From contig NC_045696.1 in NCBI RefSeq assembly GCF_009834535.1, forward strand, positions 5,396,001 through 5,460,000: 64,000 nt of DNA. Reading direction: 5' to 3'. The position numbers were made by a program, and so were the translations under genes. This document shows positions 60,401 through 64,000 of the stretch, in pieces (position 1 is the first letter of the stretch; the number at the start of each line of letters is the position of its first letter). Source of the DNA: Camelus ferus. Its lineage: Eukaryota. The notes under the pieces are model-generated. The model saw nothing but the letters and a program-made list of their open reading frames with translations. It had not been told where the DNA came from and did no database searches.

Positions 60401-61536
60401 GTTGTACTTTCTCCATTTTTCTTTCTTATTTTGCTTACTTGTGCTCTCTCTCTTTTTTCTTCCTTGTGAGTTTGGCCAGAGGTTTGTCGATTTTATTTAC
60501 TCTTTCAAAAAACTGTCTTTTGGTTTGATTGATTTTTTCTATTGTTTTTTAAATCTCTATTTTATTTATTTCCTCCTTGATCTTTATTATTTTCTTCCTT
60601 CTGCTGCTTTTTGGGGTTTTTGCTCTTCTTTTTCTAAATCTTTTAGCTGGTGGGTTAGATTGCTGATTTGAGATTGCTCTTCTTTTTTGAGGAAGGCCTG
60701 TATCGCTATAAACTTCCCTCGTAGCACTGCCTTTGCTGCATCCCATAAACTTTTTGTGGTTGTGTTTTCATTTTCATTTGTCTCAAGGTATTTTTTAATT
60801 TTGACTTTGATTTCATCATTGACCCATTGGGTTTTTTTTTTTAATAACATGTTGTTTAATCTCCATGCTTTCCTTTTTTTATCTTTTGTATCTCTGTAGT
60901 TGACTTCTAGTTTTATGGCATTGTGGTCAGTAAAGATGCTTGAGATCATTTCTATCTTCTTAAAATTGTTGAGGTTTCTTTTGTGCCCAAGTACATGATC
61001 AACCCTAGAAAATGTTCCATGTGCACTTGAAAAGAATGTATATCCTATTTTTGGGGGGTGTAATGCTCTGAAAATACCCACCAAATCTAATTTTTCTATT
61101 GTATTATTTAGATTCTCTGTTGCCTCATTTATCTTCTATCTGGAAGATCTGTGTAGTGATGTTAATGTGGTGTTAAAATCTCCAGCTATGATTGTATTCC
61201 CATCAATATCCCCCTTTATCTCTGTTAGTAATTGTTTTATGTATTTAGGTGCTCCTATATTGGGTGCATGTATGTTAACGAGTGCAATATCCTCATCTTG
61301 TATTACTCCTTTAATCATTATAAAATGTCCTTCTTTACCTTTCTTTATGGCCTTTGTTATAAAGTCTATTTTGTCTGAAATCAGTACTGCAACACCTGCT
61401 TTTTTGGCTTTTCAATTGCATGGAGTATCCTTTTCCATCCTCTCCCTCTCAGTCTATATGTGTCCTTCTCCCTAAAGTGGGTCTCTTGTATGCAGCCTAT
61501 TGAAGGTTCTTGCTTTATTATCCAGTCTGCCACTCC
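57484..61536 (-). mobile_element. ~4.05-kb L1 truncated just inside the ORF2 start (EN, RT, C-terminus, type A 3' UTR)
   Basis: 5' end translates VADWIIKQEPSIGCIQETHF. EN motifs IIAGDFNT and FSRVDHVLG...TDHNAIKLE. RT ORF 58573..59823. Poly-T at ~57481. TSD TGGACTTTT (57475-57483 / 61553-61561). Confidence 0.95.
58573..59823 (-). pseudogene. L1 ORF2 reverse-transcriptase segment, 416 aa open, within a disrupted ORF2
   Basis: [42 protein letters not shown]. Neighbouring ORF2 parts are broken, and there is no ORF1 or promoter. Confidence 0.9.
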
Positions 61537-61619
61537 ATCCTGGCCCCCTCTCTGGACTTTTAAAAGATACTGTCTTCATCTTTTTCAGATAATGTCTAAC
61601 TGTTTTTAACTTGGCTTGA

Positions 61620-62215
61620 ATAGGAGTTCTCTGTTGCTGTGTAACAAATCACCTCACACTACTTATTATCTCACAGCTCTGCAGGCAAGAAGTCTGAATG
61701 TGCTGGACAGGGGTCTGCTAAGGACCTCACATCATTGTGAAGGTGCCAGCCAGGCTGGGCCCTTATCTGAAAGTTTTGGGAAAGAATCCACTTCCAGGTT
61801 CATCCAGGTTGTTGGCATGTCCTGTTCCTCAGAGCTGTAGGACTGAAGTCCCACTTCCACTCTGGCCATTTGCTGAAGATGCCCACCTTCCCTGACAGTG
61901 GCTGCCTCCATCCTTAAGCCAGTAGCAGCACGTTGTATTGCCCTCAATCTTGGCATCATTCTGACATCTCCTTCTGCCACCAGCCAGGAAAAACTCTCTG
62001 CTTTTAAAGGGCTCGTCTGATTAGACTGGACTCACCCAGATAATCTCCCTTTTCATTAACTCAAAGCCAATGATTAGTAACCTTAACTGTGTCTGCAAAA
62101 CCCCTTTTTCCATGTAATGTAACATAATCATGGCTGTACTGTCTCATCATATTCACAGTCCTGGAGATTTGGGTGGGAGGTCCTGGAGGACCATTGTGGA
62201 TTGTGTCCCACCACA
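61620..62215 (-). mobile_element. MaLR LTR (MLT1E/F-like)
   Basis: TTGCTGTGTAACAAATCACC...GAAAGAATCCACTTCCAGGTTCATCCAGGTTGTTGGCA...CTCTGCTTTTAAAGGGCTC. Confidence 0.75.
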
Positions 62216-62257
62216 TCTTGTGAAGTTATTCATCATCTGGCTCCAAATGACCTAGCC

Positions 62258-62635
62258 TTGTCTTCGTCAGCTTGAGCTCCCATAACCATACCACAGCCTG
62301 GGTGGCTTAAAGAACAGATGTGTTTCTCACGGTTTTGGGGGCTGAAGTCCAAAATCAAAGCAGCAGCAGATTCGGTTCCTGGTGAGAGATTCTCTTTCCT
62401 GCTTTTCAGACAAATGCCTTCTTGGGCTTCTTGCTGTATCCTCACATGGTGGAGAGAGATGATCTCTCTTATGTCTCTTCAGATAAAGGCACTAATCGCA
62501 TCAGGAGGGCTCCACCCTCACAACCTAGTCACCTCCCAAAGGTCCCAACTCGAAATGTCATCATGTTGGGGACTAGGGATTTGACTTGTGAATTTGGGCA
62601 GGAGGTTGGGGGGGACAACCATTCAGTCCACAGCC
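62258..62635 (-). mobile_element. MaLR LTR (MLT1A-like)
   Basis: CATAACCATACCACAGCCTGGGTGGCTTAAAGAACAGA...CCTCACATGGTGGAG...CATTCAGTCCACAGC. Confidence 0.75.
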
Positions 62636-63148
62636 AGTCTTACCCCTTTGGACTCTGCTTCTACTGGGTTGAACAATATTTCTTTCCCCAATTCATCACG
62701 CTCCTGCTCACATCCAGCCTTTCCACACAATAGATTTTCTCTCTGAAGCCCTCCTGCTCCTCCCATGAGGCTGGGTCTTACACAAGTCTCAGGTTAGATT
62801 TCACTTTCCCTGGAGAGCGTTCCTGGTCCCTCAAGAATATGTTAGGTACCCCATCTCCGTGCACCCACTGCACCCAGCATGAAGCTCACCAAAGCCCTTA
62901 TCACTCTGCACTGGGAATGCCTGTCTCCAAACCATTTTCTTTAATAAAAAGTGAGTTCCAAGAGGGCAGGAACCCTGGCCCACAGTAAGTATTAGACAAA
63001 AATCTGATGAATTAATGTGGAGCAACTGTCAGTCGTAAACTGCTGGAAATCAAAGCATATACTTGCTTTAAAAATGTGTACCTCTGGCTCTAATTTGAAT
63101 TCTAGGCTTTACAGTTGGAGTTAGAACTCCAGGATCAGTTTCCAGCTT

Positions 63149-63378
63149 TGCTATGGACTGAATGTTTGTGCCCCCTTCCCCCGGATTCTTCTTTTGAAGC
63201 CCTCTCTGTCTCTCTCCACCATGTGAAGATAGAACCAGGAAGCATGCCTCACCAGGAGCTCAATCTGCCAGCACCTTGATCTTGGACATCCCAGCCACCA
63301 GAGCTGTGAGCTATAAATTTCTCTTGTTTAAGTCACCCAGTCTATGGTATTTTTGCTACAGAAACCTGAGCAAGGACA
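63149..63378 (+). mobile_element. Internally deleted MLT1A-like LTR
   Basis: TGCTATGGACTGAATGTTTGTGCCCC...CAGCACCTTGATCTTGGAC...AAGTCACCCAGTCTATGGTATTTTTG. Confidence 0.75.
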
Positions 63379-64000
63379 GCTTTGGGCAAATTATTTAAAG
63401 TTTCTGAGCCTCTGAGTTGGATGGTTTTAACTTTGTGGTCTTTGCTTACACATTACAGGATCTGATATTTGATCTTACATGCTATGGTTTAATGTGAAAT
63501 GAGTAGGAAATCCTTGTTCTGGTGTTGTCTCCTGTAGACATCAGATCCTGACTCAGTTTCATCATCTCTACAATAAGGAAGCTGGACCTGTGGAGCGCCA
63601 AGGTCCCTCTCCTGTCTGATACTCTTGACTTCTTACCCGAGATGAGCAGCATTACTAAAGGCATTACTGCTAAAAGCACCAATTAAAAGACTGTCTTAAT
63701 GTAGATGCAGCCTGGTTCTCATCCCTGAACAGGAATCTAATTGTTAAGTTCCGATCTTCATCTCTACTGACAAAGGACAGCACCCTCCCCCAAAATCTTC
63801 AAGGCCACGATGCTGTTCAAACAACAAGAGAACAAATAGAAACATCTGTCCCCCCAGAGCTGGGAGTGGCCACAGGCTCCTAATGAGAAGAGTGTTTTGT
63901 CGTGGTTCATGGACATCAGCCCTGAGGCACGAACATGCAGACTGGCACCACCTAGAACCTTAAGGGCCGCACTGGGTGTGTCGCCTCTGTGGTTTTCTGC

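Noticed and set aside
57484..61536. Potentially active L1
   Set aside because: Lacks the 5' UTR, ORF1 and the ORF2 start, and ORF2 is broken by stops and frameshifts.

Overview
Mammalian, most likely camelid, non-coding DNA. It carries three tRNA-derived vic-1-like SINEs and camelid/artiodactyl-type L1 3' ends, and I saw no Alu, B1, Bov-A or PRE-1. I cannot support any intact host protein-coding exon, RNA gene or CRISPR array. Most of the window is a layered transposon fossil record. It holds a decayed ERV-L internal region (gag-pro-RT-RNaseH-IN-dUTPase, ~21.4-25.55 kb) and two long 5'-truncated L1s with RT remnants (38.7-40.9 kb +, 57.5-61.5 kb -). It also holds many L1 3' fragments, MaLR (MLT1) and MLT2 LTRs, ERV1-like solo LTRs, L2/MIR and hAT/Tigger MITEs. 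The left edge (1-330) is GC/CpG-rich, with a tandem NACGTG (E-box/HRE) array and an HNF1-like site, and is probably the edge of a promoter or enhancer. The most noteworthy observations are an L1 variant with a swapped 3' tail seen twice with the same junction, an orphan retroposed segment inside an LTR inside an L2, a probable short L1 3' transduction, a datable L1-in-L1 nesting and a local duplication. All repeat family names come from recalled consensus similarity by eye and need RepeatMasker/Dfam confirmation. I found no convincing novel biological system.
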